Assembly (NCBI GenBank): GCA_023263015.1 | Contig: JALQXV010000087.1 | Coordinates: forward strand, 1-36,140 | Origin: Candidatus Saccharimonadia bacterium | GTDB lineage: Bacteria; Patescibacteriota; Saccharimonadia; Saccharimonadales; 2-12-FULL-41-12 | Reading direction: 5' to 3' | DNA: 36,140 bases | Shown: one piece after another, positions 1-8,287 of the stretch | Position numbering within the stretch: position 1 is the first letter of the stretch | How the letters are laid out: every line of letters begins with the position of its first letter | Position numbers and translations under genes: made by a program | The notes under the pieces: generated by a model | Databases searched by the model: none | Seen by the model: the letters and a program-made list of their open reading frames with translations, nothing else | What the model was told of the DNA's origin: nothing

Positions 1-1384
1 GTCGCTGACCAATAACCGTTCGCACTGTTGACGCGATCAGGAACGGCTCAATACCCATATCAAGTAGACGTGGCAAAATACCGGCTGCAGAGTTGGTGTG
101 TAGCGTGCTAAACACTAGGTGCCCTGTTAACGCAGCCTGAACCGCCAACTGAGCGGTTTCTTTGTCACGGATTTCCCCCACCATTACTACGTCAGGGTCC
201 TGACGCAAGATAGAACGCAGACCTGAAGCAAACGTTAATCCGACTTCGGCATTAACCTGAATCTGGTTAATACCATCCATCTTGTATTCAACTGGGTCTT
301 CAAGGGTAACAATGTTAATTGTGTCGCTTTTAATCTCGTTAAGAAGTGCATACAAGGATGTGGACTTACCTGAACCGGTTGGTCCTGATGTCAGAATCAT
401 GCCATTGGAGTTTTCGAGCCCCTTACGAATTGTGCGTAGTGCTCGACCGTGGTAACCCATATCTTCTAGTTTTAGGCTGGTACCCGACTTATCAAGCAAA
501 CGAATAACTACTTGCTCGCCCCATACCACTGGCGAAATAGAGATACGGAGGTCGACTGCCTTGTTCCCTACTGCAACTGTAAATTGACCATCCTGTGGAA
601 TACGATGTTCATCGATCTTTAGGTTACTTAAAATCTTAATACGAGAAATAAAAGCTGGCTCAATATTCTTTGGCAGCTTCATAATTTCTTTTAGCACACC
701 GTCGATACGACAGCGGATCTTAAGCTCTTTTTCGAGTGGCTCGATGTGAATATCGCTAGCACGACTCTTGGCCGCATACTCAAGAATAGTTGAAAGAGCT
801 TTACTAATTGGCGAGTCCTGAACAATCGTTGTGATCGTCTTATGTTCGTCATTAGCTGGCATTGCCTGCGTTGTCTCGGCTTCAACACTTAGCGAGCTCT
901 TAACATCGTTACCAATCGTCTTAGCTACGTCGGCCTCAACGTCCTCGGCGTACTGCTCAAGTATGTGGCGAATACCCTCTTCACTAGCTGTATAGACCTT
1001 TAACTGCCGTCCAATACGATTAGACAGGAAGTCTACCGCCTGCACGTTATCGGCATCAAGCATAGCAACAACTAGCTTTTGCTGGATCTGGCCAAGCGGC
1101 ACCGCCATATAACGTTCAGCAATATCCTTAGAAAGCAGCCGCAGCACATCCTTTTCAATACGCGCATCAAGTAAGTTCACATATGGTACGTGGTTTACTT
1201 TAGCCATGACTTTTGTCAAAGCCTCATTACTGACCAACTTCTGGTCAACCAAATAGCCAAAGAATGGCTTGCCTTCTTTATCGGCACTCTCTTTAGCAGC
1301 ATTCAATGCTGGCTCAGCAACAATACCCTCACTAACTAAGGTTTCTTCGACTTGTTTCTGGCTCGCTGCAGAAAGAACATTCAC
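1..1384 (-). CDS. pilB: Type IV pilus assembly ATPase PilB/GspE family (3' end runs off the window; C-terminus missing)
   Basis: My own minus-strand translation is open from a GTG at 1384 to position 1. N-terminus VNVLSAASQKQVEETLVSEGIV...RYMAVPLGQ resembles a T2SSE_N domain. Walker A GPTGSGKST is encoded around 362-385. Downstream ...ILRQDPDVVMVGEIRDKETAQLAVQAALTGHLVFSTLHTN is classic GspE/PilB. It is missing from the ORF track because no stop lies inside the window. Confidence 0.9.
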   Translation of the reverse strand, partial: MNVLSAASQKQVEETLVSEGIVAEPALNAAKESADKEGKPFFGYLVDQKLVSNEALTKVMAKVNHVPYVNLLDARIEKDVLRLLSKDIAERYMAVPLGQIQQKLVVAMLDADNVQAVDFLSNRIGRQLKVYTASEEGIRHILEQYAEDVEADVAKTIGNDVKSSLSVEAETTQAMPANDEHKTITTIVQDSPISKALSTILEYAAKSRASDIHIEPLEKELKIRCRIDGVLKEIMKLPKNIEPAFISRIKILSNLKIDEHRIPQDGQFTVAVGNKAVDLRISISPVVWGEQVVIRLLDKSGTSLKLEDMGYHGRALRTIRKGLENSNGMILTSGPTGSGKSTSLYALLNEIKSDTINIVTLEDPVEYKMDGINQIQVNAEVGLTFASGLRSILRQDPDVVMVGEIRDKETAQLAVQAALTGHLVFSTLHTNSAAGILPRLLDMGIEPFLIASTVRTVIGQR

Positions 1385-1397
1385 AACGCAAAGTTAC

Positions 1398-1634
1398 CTA
1401 AAATGGGTTAGCGTTAGCGTCTTCACCAATTTTAATCAATTGTGTTGGGTTGACCGCATCTTTATTGAATACTTTAGGGTCAGCTTCTTTAAACTCTGAA
1501 CTAATTGGCGAAACTTTTTCAACGGTTAGCTTACGATTCTTGTCGCCAGTAAAAAGTTTTTGGGATAAGAACAGCGAGAAAATACCCGCGATAGCGGCAA
1601 CAATTATAATTACTGCAAAGTCTTTTTGTTTCAT
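1398..1634 (-). CDS. Small bitopic membrane protein in the pilus operon (function unknown; occupies the slot where pilP would sit)
   Basis: 78-aa ORF with one N-terminal TM segment (FAVIIIVAAIAGIFSLFL). Its ATG overlaps the TGA of the upstream pilO-like gene (ATGA at 1631-1634). It ends 13 nt before the pilB GTG. Confidence 0.6.
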   Translation of the reverse strand: MKQKDFAVIIIVAAIAGIFSLFLSQKLFTGDKNRKLTVEKVSPISSEFKEADPKVFNKDAVNPTQLIKIGEDANANPF

Positions 1635-2299
1635 TTTGCCCTCTCCGACGTGATATCAAACTTCTTAGGTGGCTGGAAGTATGTTTTTGCGTTCACATTT
1701 AACTTCACACCCTGCGCATTTGACGTTAGGGTTAACTTATTAACCTGGATTGGTCGTATTGATCGCTCAAATAACTTGAGTGCATCTTTACTGGATTGTG
1801 CAGAAGCATCAAGTGTGACACTAAATGGAATTTCTACAACTGTCGGGCTTGAAGATGGCTCTGCAGCCGACTGAGTTAACTCATCGTCGCTACCGGTTAA
1901 GCCCGAAACTTTGTAGTCCTTAAACATCTTAGTAAGGCTAGTTGTTAAGCCTGGGAAGTCATATTTACTTGGTAACGCATCAAGTACGATTCGCGGGTTT
2001 TCGCCATCAAGGTCTCCGGTACCGTCAGCTGCTCCACCAAGAATATTTGTCTTTTGCTCGGCAAAGGCTTGATATGAATTCCTTAGCTTCTCTGCCTCGG
2101 TAGCATTCTTTTTAACTTGCTTTAGCGTAGCCTTTTTCTTGCTTATAACACCCGCTTGGTAACTACTCTGACTTAATAGTGACTTCGATGCTACAAGCGA
2201 AAATACTGTCAAGAATGAAGCAAGCCCAATAACAATAAGAATTGTTGTATTGTCTTTATTAATAGCCAATTGCTTAAGAGATACTCGTTGTGCCGCCAT
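1631..2299 (-). CDS. pilO: PilO-like type IV pilus alignment protein (bitopic, coiled-coil plus C-terminal globular domain)
   Basis: Sits directly after pilN. Has an N-terminal TM (ILIVIGLASFLTVFSLVA), then a K/A/E-rich helical stretch and a C-terminal domain. I prefer the ATG at 2299 (MAAQRVSLKQL) because a GGAGGG Shine-Dalgarno lies about 9 nt upstream. The track start at 2335 would overlap pilN by 35 nt. Confidence 0.6.
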   Translation of the reverse strand: MAAQRVSLKQLAINKDNTTILIVIGLASFLTVFSLVASKSLLSQSSYQAGVISKKKATLKQVKKNATEAEKLRNSYQAFAEQKTNILGGAADGTGDLDGENPRIVLDALPSKYDFPGLTTSLTKMFKDYKVSGLTGSDDELTQSAAEPSSSPTVVEIPFSVTLDASAQSSKDALKLFERSIRPIQVNKLTLTSNAQGVKLNVNAKTYFQPPKKFDITSERAK

Positions 2300-2300
2300 A

Positions 2301-3017
2301 TTATTGACCCTCCTTCTTTTGAGGTTGTGATTCAAACAAGTTAGCCGGCTTTTCTGTCTCTGAGCGGGTTGAAGTAATCTTTGGAACTGTTAAGGTGACT
2401 GCCTCTTGGTTATTTTCTGTTGCAACCTGAGTAAATATTGCTGGTTCGAATGAGAATGTAATACTATATGCTGCTTTATCACTAGAGCCTGTTCCATCAG
2501 GAATGGTATAGCTTGCAAGCACAACGTTCTTAAAGGCTTTTTGTGAAGAGTCACTGCCAGCAACCTTATACTCTGTGAACTTGACTGTATCAACAAATTT
2601 ATTGATCACAATAATGTCTACTGCGTTTCCAGTTATGGTCATTGTACTGCCTTCAAAATCTACAGCCACATCAGATATAGTTGCTTGATTAGGGGTAATC
2701 TTTGTTAGATAGTCCGATAGCCTTGATGCAACAACTTTTTTATCGTGCAGTTCAGGCAAGCTATTCAGTTGATTCTGAATTGTAAGAATCTTATCCAAAT
2801 CTTGAATAGACTGCACTTTTGTAACATTAGTTTTAATGTCTTTGTCTAAGTTCTTAATTTCACGAGTCTGGTTAACTCGTACGAACAAGAATAGGATTAC
2901 AAAGATCGCTAAACACGCCGCTGTGATTATTGCCGATATAAACATAATTAAGCGTTTGCGGTAGCGCGTCTTAATGTATTCAATCTTTACGTCTGGGAGG
3001 AGGTTGAACTGAATCAT
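2301..3017 (-). CDS. pilN: PilN-type fimbrial assembly protein
   Basis: N-terminal IQFNLLPD motif (PilN INLLP signature) followed by a TM (LIMFISAIITAACLAIFVILFLF). Sits directly after pilM. I prefer the ATG at 3017 because GGAGAGGA lies 9 nt upstream; the track start at 3026 abuts that SD. Confidence 0.75.
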   Translation of the reverse strand: MIQFNLLPDVKIEYIKTRYRKRLIMFISAIITAACLAIFVILFLFVRVNQTREIKNLDKDIKTNVTKVQSIQDLDKILTIQNQLNSLPELHDKKVVASRLSDYLTKITPNQATISDVAVDFEGSTMTITGNAVDIIVINKFVDTVKFTEYKVAGSDSSQKAFKNVVLASYTIPDGTGSSDKAAYSITFSFEPAIFTQVATENNQEAVTLTVPKITSTRSETEKPANLFESQPQKKEGQ

Positions 3018-3018
3018 A

Positions 3019-4059
3019 CTATTCATTCCTCTCCGCTAAACCAACAGCAACACCAAAGTGGTTAGACAAGGCCATTAGCTCGTTCTGACGCTCTAGACCG
3101 TACTGAACATTACGCCACGCATTACCAATTTCGACATTAATACCGAATTTGTTCGCGATGTGCAGTGGGAATTCTGGTAGCGCCGATGCACCACCGGTCA
3201 TAATAATTCGTTCAATCTTGGTATTGTTATAGCGAGTCTGGAAGAACTTAATTGATTTATCGATGTCACCCATCAAAAGATCTACCGTACCAACAATCGC
3301 TTGGTACACCTGCCCTTCCAGCTTTTGCTGGCTCAAACCAAATTTAAATACAAATTCTTGAGCTTGCTTATCATCAATATTAAGGTTCTGCTGTGCAGCC
3401 TTAATAATAGCTTCTGAACCAGTTGGGATAGCGCGCGTTAAGCGTGGAATACCTCCCATAACAACTACGATATCGGTGCTCTTGCTACCAATATCGATGA
3501 CCATTTGTGGCTCAGTTGAAAGCGGGTCTGTAACAGAACGAACTAGGGCGAGGTTATCTGACTCAAACGCAATCACATTAAGACCAAGTGACTCTAACAT
3601 GTCTAGACGGTCTTCGATGAACGCGTTAGGTACACTAGAAAGCAATACTTCTACCTTGTTTGGGTCAACTGGTGAATCACCAATATGCGCCCAGTCAAGC
3701 TTTGATTCCGATAGTGGAGTCGGAATCAAGGAGTCGGCTTGGAACTTAATTGTCTTGGCAAGTTCTGCTGCAGATAGTCGTTCAATATCAACCACGGTAG
3801 TGAACACACGTGACGAAGGCAAGCCGACTGCAACGTTTTTTGTAGTGATCTTAGCCTGATCAAGCATAGTTCTGATCTGCTCAGCTATTTTTTGCTGGTC
3901 GGCTTTAGCATCACTTAAGGCAACCTTGCTATCGATTGGAGTCATCGCATAACGCATTAGTTGCTTAGATTTAGGGTTGTTTGTTATTTGGACAGCTCGT
4001 ATAGCACTCGTGCCTACGTCCAAGCCAAAGAATTCAGATACCCCACTCAGTAAACTCAT
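3019..4059 (-). CDS. pilM: PilM, actin-like ATPase of the type IV pilus alignment complex
   Basis: 346 aa. N-terminal FGLDVGTSAIRAV phosphate-1-like motif and a later IDIGSKSTDIVV motif. Length and position upstream of pilN are typical of PilM. Confidence 0.85.
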   Translation of the reverse strand: MSLLSGVSEFFGLDVGTSAIRAVQITNNPKSKQLMRYAMTPIDSKVALSDAKADQQKIAEQIRTMLDQAKITTKNVAVGLPSSRVFTTVVDIERLSAAELAKTIKFQADSLIPTPLSESKLDWAHIGDSPVDPNKVEVLLSSVPNAFIEDRLDMLESLGLNVIAFESDNLALVRSVTDPLSTEPQMVIDIGSKSTDIVVVMGGIPRLTRAIPTGSEAIIKAAQQNLNIDDKQAQEFVFKFGLSQQKLEGQVYQAIVGTVDLLMGDIDKSIKFFQTRYNNTKIERIIMTGGASALPEFPLHIANKFGINVEIGNAWRNVQYGLERQNELMALSNHFGVAVGLAERNE

Positions 4060-4148
4060 TCTTATCTAATCCTATTCTTGCTGCTTTTTCTTCTTTTAAT
4101 GTTATTGGTTACTATTCCCTGTCAGTATATCATACCGCTCATGCTTTT

Positions 4149-7100
4149 CTATAGCACTGGAGCTAAGATCGAGATGTACTGATAGTCACCGCTTGTTTGG
4201 GTACTATTGGCACGGAATACAGGTGGCGAAAGGTAGACTTCTGGGCTGAATTTAAAGGTTTCTGCAGCCTTAGTGTTGTTAGCTTCTTCCCTGAAGAGTG
4301 AGTCACGAAGTGAATAACCAGTTCTGTTAAGAACAACTCTCTGGGCTATAAACGAGCCGTTAACCGTTAGTTGGCGTCGTGGTGATGAGGCAGGATTATC
4401 CTGAGCACCACACTCAGTAAATAGGCTGGTTGGTGCTGTAACTGGGTTATCGCCAGAGCTCTCTAGAGCACATGTATAAATTCGGCCGCTATTTGATCGT
4501 GCATCTGGTTGAGCAATATAGGTCCCATCCAATTGAGTAACATCGTTATCGATATAAATGTTACCTTTTACAACCAATGTGAAGTTAGGAATACTTGCAG
4601 TGCCTGCACCGTAACTTGTCCTGTACATCAAGTTGTTTAAGATAAAGACATCGCCATCTACATACACAGTGTGTCGTCGATCGTACTGAGCAACATTACT
4701 ACCGACAATCCGCAGCTTATTGCCAGATATATTACGCACTGTCTGCTTCTCATTTTCTAGATTGAATGGATCAATACTTGCTGTTGAAGAAGAAACATTC
4801 TTTCTATCGTTCTCAACGAACTGAGTGCTACTGAAGTAGTCTGGCATACACCAACCGTCGCCCGACATGTTTCCACCCAAGAGCGGATCGTTTGACTGCG
4901 CAGGTGCCGAGTTATTGTGTGCAAAAGTTAAACCTTTTGGCTCTTGTACGTTAGGAGGGCCGGTACGTGTACTCGCTGTTGTGTAGCCTCGAATCTCTCC
5001 AAGAGCAAAGGCAGCCAACTGACCACCGGAACCACTCTGTCCGTCGGGGGCACCACTAATGTGGTACTGCATTGGTCGCATGAATGAAAGGATCTTTGAA
5101 TCGGTGCGTCCACAACTAGTTCCAAAACCGCCACCGGCAGCAACGTCACCACCATACGTCCTTATGTATGGCCTATTTACTACAGAAGGAGTTGGGTTAC
5201 AGATTGCACCCGCTTCACAAGGACGACCACAACTATTCGCTTGAGCCGGACCTTCGTTGGCATACTTTCCGTTACCTGGGCCTCGCCAACCATGGCCATA
5301 GTCTAGTGTTATATAAACACAGTAGATATCACCTAACTGGGATGTATTAGCTGGGATGTTATAAGTGTCCGTATAGTCTCTGTTCCCGAAATTCGTTGTG
5401 TCGTTAAATGGTCCAAATGGTATTGGCTGCTCTGCTCCACCCTTTGGTCGCTTATAAAAGTCTCGTCGGGCATTGCTATCGACATCAACTCCACGCTGAG
5501 TAATTGATGTCCGGAACTCAGCCTGCGTAGGGCTTTCTGCATTATCTAATGAACCACGAGCCGCTGCCGTAAAGTCGTATCGCTGATACGCCTCTACTTC
5601 GGTCTGACAAATGCCTCCGAGCGCCATCCTGCCCCAGAAATCAGGGTAGCCTGCTACTGTCGTGACACCTCTTGTCCCTGGTGCAGTAAACGTCATGGTA
5701 GACGTCGCACTACCACCGCGAGGGATATTAAGGTACGGATCATAACTAAAGTCGAATGGTGGATAGTCGTAGTTACCACCTCCATCGGTCATCGTTAGCT
5801 GGTTGCCCCCAAGGGAGTCAGGTATGCCTAGATTCTCGGTTACTGCTTGGCCGGCTAGGCTCCACGTACCGGTACCGCCTCGTGGTTTTTCAGGGTGGTT
5901 ATATACGAATACCGGTATTGCTGCTGCGGGATTATGAATTGTCGCATTCACGTTGAAATTCTCGCCAGCTTTAACGCCCTTATCTGGTGAACCTGGCAAG
6001 TTTTCAATAACGTCTAAGCTACAAGAAGCCTGTAGACAGCCACCTTCAACTTCAGCGCTGTAATACCACCTTGGGTTTGCGTCCCCGCCGTTGCCATTAA
6101 CAACATCGTATGCACCGATATGCATCGCCCATCCGTTATTAGCACCATCTTCGTTGCCCCATGGCCACGGAATCGTATAGCCATCATTTATGTCATCGAC
6201 ATGCCAATCCCAGTTAGCATCGCCGACATCTGCAAATGATTCAACGCCATTGCCATCTACATTTCTATGGAAGAAACGAGCAAACACCTGTAGGCCGTAC
6301 CCTCCGTCTTGAGGATCATCTATGTTCTGTATTGTTACGCCACTACATGTAACGTGAAGCGTGAAGTGAGGCGGAGTCGGTGGAGGCTGACAAGGGTTAG
6401 GGCTTCTACCATAGGTCTCACGGTCTTTTTCATGCCATGCATTCGTTTGCGTATCCTGCACTTCTAGGATGAATGTTATCCTCCCATTTGAGTACGCATC
6501 GTAAATACCAGCAAGACCTGGGACACTATAGTTTTTATATGCAGTTGGGTCCCCTGTATGTGTTCGTTCTGATATAACAGAACTTGTTCCGTTACCGCTA
6601 CTGTTTATGCGACTAACACGTATCTTGGTGTTATCTGTTGGATCCCGATCATAGCCCCTCAAGCGAATATATTCAGATCCCTGCAGGCAAACAACTTTAT
6701 TAATATCACCTTCCGGCTCAGTATTGAACTCACATGAACCATCTGGGTCACGTTCATACGGTGAAACCATCTTAATAGCATTGCCACCGTCGATACCAGT
6801 CCAGCGAACTTCATAACTGTCATATTCCGGCTCCAATCTAATACCAATACGGCCATTCTTCCCTTGACCTCCAACATTATCAACTGGGTCTAGTTTATAA
6901 GGTTTGTTCGAGTTTTTCTTCTTTCTCACTATTTGAATCTTGGCATTCTTATTACGATTGTCGCCGTTGCCATCGTCGGCATCATTCCACTTAAAATAAA
7001 CAACACGTCGAGCCTGCAAATCGCTACATGCTGGATCAAATGTTACTTCATAAGGGCTGCCCGCCCAGACAGTGAATGAGCTATTATCATCCGTACCATT

Positions 7101-7595
7101 AAAATCAGACTCAAACTTACGAGGGTTCTCTAAGGGTGTGATAGTAGAAAGCGGAAGCGGAGATTCAGCGTATACCTTGAAAGGTTGATGACCTTGCCCG
7201 TTAATTTTTCTAGCGACAAGTGTTCGGTTGACTGCTGTATTCTTAAAAATAAGTCCTCGATAATTTTGACCATTATCTCCCCGGTAATTCTCGCAGTCGC
7301 TATTGCTAGATTTCGTAACACCATCATATGTGACTGACATACCGGCAACACCACCAGTTTGGTCGTCACATGCACCATCAACAATGACTGTTGCTCTGTT
7401 AGTATTTTGGCCTTTTATCTTGAGGCGTGTTTCAGTCGCGCTAATATTTGCATTAGGACCTTGGATTGCAACAGACAAAGATCGCCCAAAACTTTCACTA
7501 TAGGCGTACGCAACAGACGTGTTAAGGAACAGCCCTCCTAGCACTGAGACAAATCCAGCGATAAGCAGCTTATGGTATATATTAAGTCGTCGCAT
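4149..7595 (-). CDS. Large (1148 aa) secreted Cys-rich protein of unknown family, encoded directly upstream of pilM
   Basis: Uninterrupted 3.4-kb ORF. N-terminal signal-like sequence MRRLNIYHKLLIAGFVSVLGGLFLNTSVAYA. Rich in G/N/D/Y/W with about 20 Cys. PPPTPP linker encoded near 6365-6398. No prepilin motif, ATPase motif or secretin-like motif recognised. Confidence 0.85.
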   Translation of the reverse strand: MRRLNIYHKLLIAGFVSVLGGLFLNTSVAYAYSESFGRSLSVAIQGPNANISATETRLKIKGQNTNRATVIVDGACDDQTGGVAGMSVTYDGVTKSSNSDCENYRGDNGQNYRGLIFKNTAVNRTLVARKINGQGHQPFKVYAESPLPLSTITPLENPRKFESDFNGTDDNSSFTVWAGSPYEVTFDPACSDLQARRVVYFKWNDADDGNGDNRNKNAKIQIVRKKKNSNKPYKLDPVDNVGGQGKNGRIGIRLEPEYDSYEVRWTGIDGGNAIKMVSPYERDPDGSCEFNTEPEGDINKVVCLQGSEYIRLRGYDRDPTDNTKIRVSRINSSGNGTSSVISERTHTGDPTAYKNYSVPGLAGIYDAYSNGRITFILEVQDTQTNAWHEKDRETYGRSPNPCQPPPTPPHFTLHVTCSGVTIQNIDDPQDGGYGLQVFARFFHRNVDGNGVESFADVGDANWDWHVDDINDGYTIPWPWGNEDGANNGWAMHIGAYDVVNGNGGDANPRWYYSAEVEGGCLQASCSLDVIENLPGSPDKGVKAGENFNVNATIHNPAAAIPVFVYNHPEKPRGGTGTWSLAGQAVTENLGIPDSLGGNQLTMTDGGGNYDYPPFDFSYDPYLNIPRGGSATSTMTFTAPGTRGVTTVAGYPDFWGRMALGGICQTEVEAYQRYDFTAAARGSLDNAESPTQAEFRTSITQRGVDVDSNARRDFYKRPKGGAEQPIPFGPFNDTTNFGNRDYTDTYNIPANTSQLGDIYCVYITLDYGHGWRGPGNGKYANEGPAQANSCGRPCEAGAICNPTPSVVNRPYIRTYGGDVAAGGGFGTSCGRTDSKILSFMRPMQYHISGAPDGQSGSGGQLAAFALGEIRGYTTASTRTGPPNVQEPKGLTFAHNNSAPAQSNDPLLGGNMSGDGWCMPDYFSSTQFVENDRKNVSSSTASIDPFNLENEKQTVRNISGNKLRIVGSNVAQYDRRHTVYVDGDVFILNNLMYRTSYGAGTASIPNFTLVVKGNIYIDNDVTQLDGTYIAQPDARSNSGRIYTCALESSGDNPVTAPTSLFTECGAQDNPASSPRRQLTVNGSFIAQRVVLNRTGYSLRDSLFREEANNTKAAETFKFSPEVYLSPPVFRANSTQTSGDYQYISILAPVL

Positions 7596-8215
7596 TATCG
7601 GGAGCCTCCATCATCACTTTTTACAAATTCTTGGAGTTCAGGGCTTAAAGACTGCAAATCTTTAGGCTCCTTGTTCTTTGGGGCAGAATTTGGATCAGCA
7701 ACATAACCTCTGAGCACCTTTAGTGTTGCGTCCACTGAAGGTATGGCTTCTTTGTCGTCTTGATCTTCACTTGAAACATACAAAGCTCGCAACTGTTCAT
7801 AGCTAGACAATGCTTCAGGATATTGATTTAGCTCGTAATAGCAGCCTGCTCTGTAGCTTACGAGTGATATGTTGTCTGATGGATTGTCGTTATCTGACTT
7901 AGCATCCTTTAGCTTCTCCACTGCAGTTTTGCAGTTCTTCTCATCCATTACTTTTCGCAGCTCTTCTCGACTAATAGTCTTGTTCACGTTACTTGGCTGC
8001 GAATTATCTTGAGACTTTTTATCAAGAACGCCTGTAAGCAATAAAACAATACAAATTGTTGCTAGCGCAATAATTGAAATTCCTAATACAATACGTTTCT
8101 TATACTGTTTTGCTTTTAAATTAAAAGACAAGGTCTTTTTAGAACTACTCGAAGCAGTCTGATCTATGACCTTGTCTTTAGAATCTTTAGCTAGCTTTGT
8201 TTTTCCAAACTTCAT
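7595..8215 (-). CDS. Membrane-anchored protein with TPR-like helical ectodomain
   Basis: 206 aa. K/S-rich N-terminus, one TM (IVLGISIIALATICIVLLLTGVL), then a helical region with a TPR-like segment (YRAGCYYELNQYPEALSSYEQLRALY). Its TAA overlaps the ATG of the 1148-aa gene (TAATG at 7595). Confidence 0.7.
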   Translation of the reverse strand: MKFGKTKLAKDSKDKVIDQTASSSSKKTLSFNLKAKQYKKRIVLGISIIALATICIVLLLTGVLDKKSQDNSQPSNVNKTISREELRKVMDEKNCKTAVEKLKDAKSDNDNPSDNISLVSYRAGCYYELNQYPEALSSYEQLRALYVSSEDQDDKEAIPSVDATLKVLRGYVADPNSAPKNKEPKDLQSLSPELQEFVKSDDGGSR

Positions 8216-8287
8216 TGGTGCCCTTTGAGTATCTAGGGCATATTGTACATGCTTAAAGCGTAAGCAGCAACACCGTTATGTGAACTG

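Noticed and set aside
691-888. 65-aa minus-strand ORF from the track, inside the pilB region.
   Set aside because: It is out of frame with the continuous PilB reading frame that spans 1-1384 with clear GspE motifs. It is an Arg/Gln-rich shadow ORF.
1269-1874. Plus-strand ORFs 1269-1499, 1450-1653 and 1626-1874 opposite the pil genes.
   Set aside because: They are antisense to the tightly coupled pilO / 78-aa / pilB chain, have no promoter or SD features, and have shadow-frame composition.
3476-3859. Antisense or alternative-frame ORFs inside strong genes. Examples: 3476-3859, 4928-7541 (several), 11229-12294, 13098-13364, 22816-23286, 26543-26890, 28542-29599, 31479-31776, 33117-33493, 34486-35364.
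   Set aside because: Each lies wholly within a longer ORF that has unambiguous family motifs. Their products are low-complexity (Ser/Arg/Leu-rich), as is typical of shadow frames, and no independent start signals were seen.
4149-7595. Calling the 1148-aa protein a PilQ secretin or a PilY1/PilC adhesin.
   Set aside because: I could recognise no secretin-type C-terminal domain and no PilY1-like motifs. Only its size and operon position are suggestive, so it is left as an unknown family.
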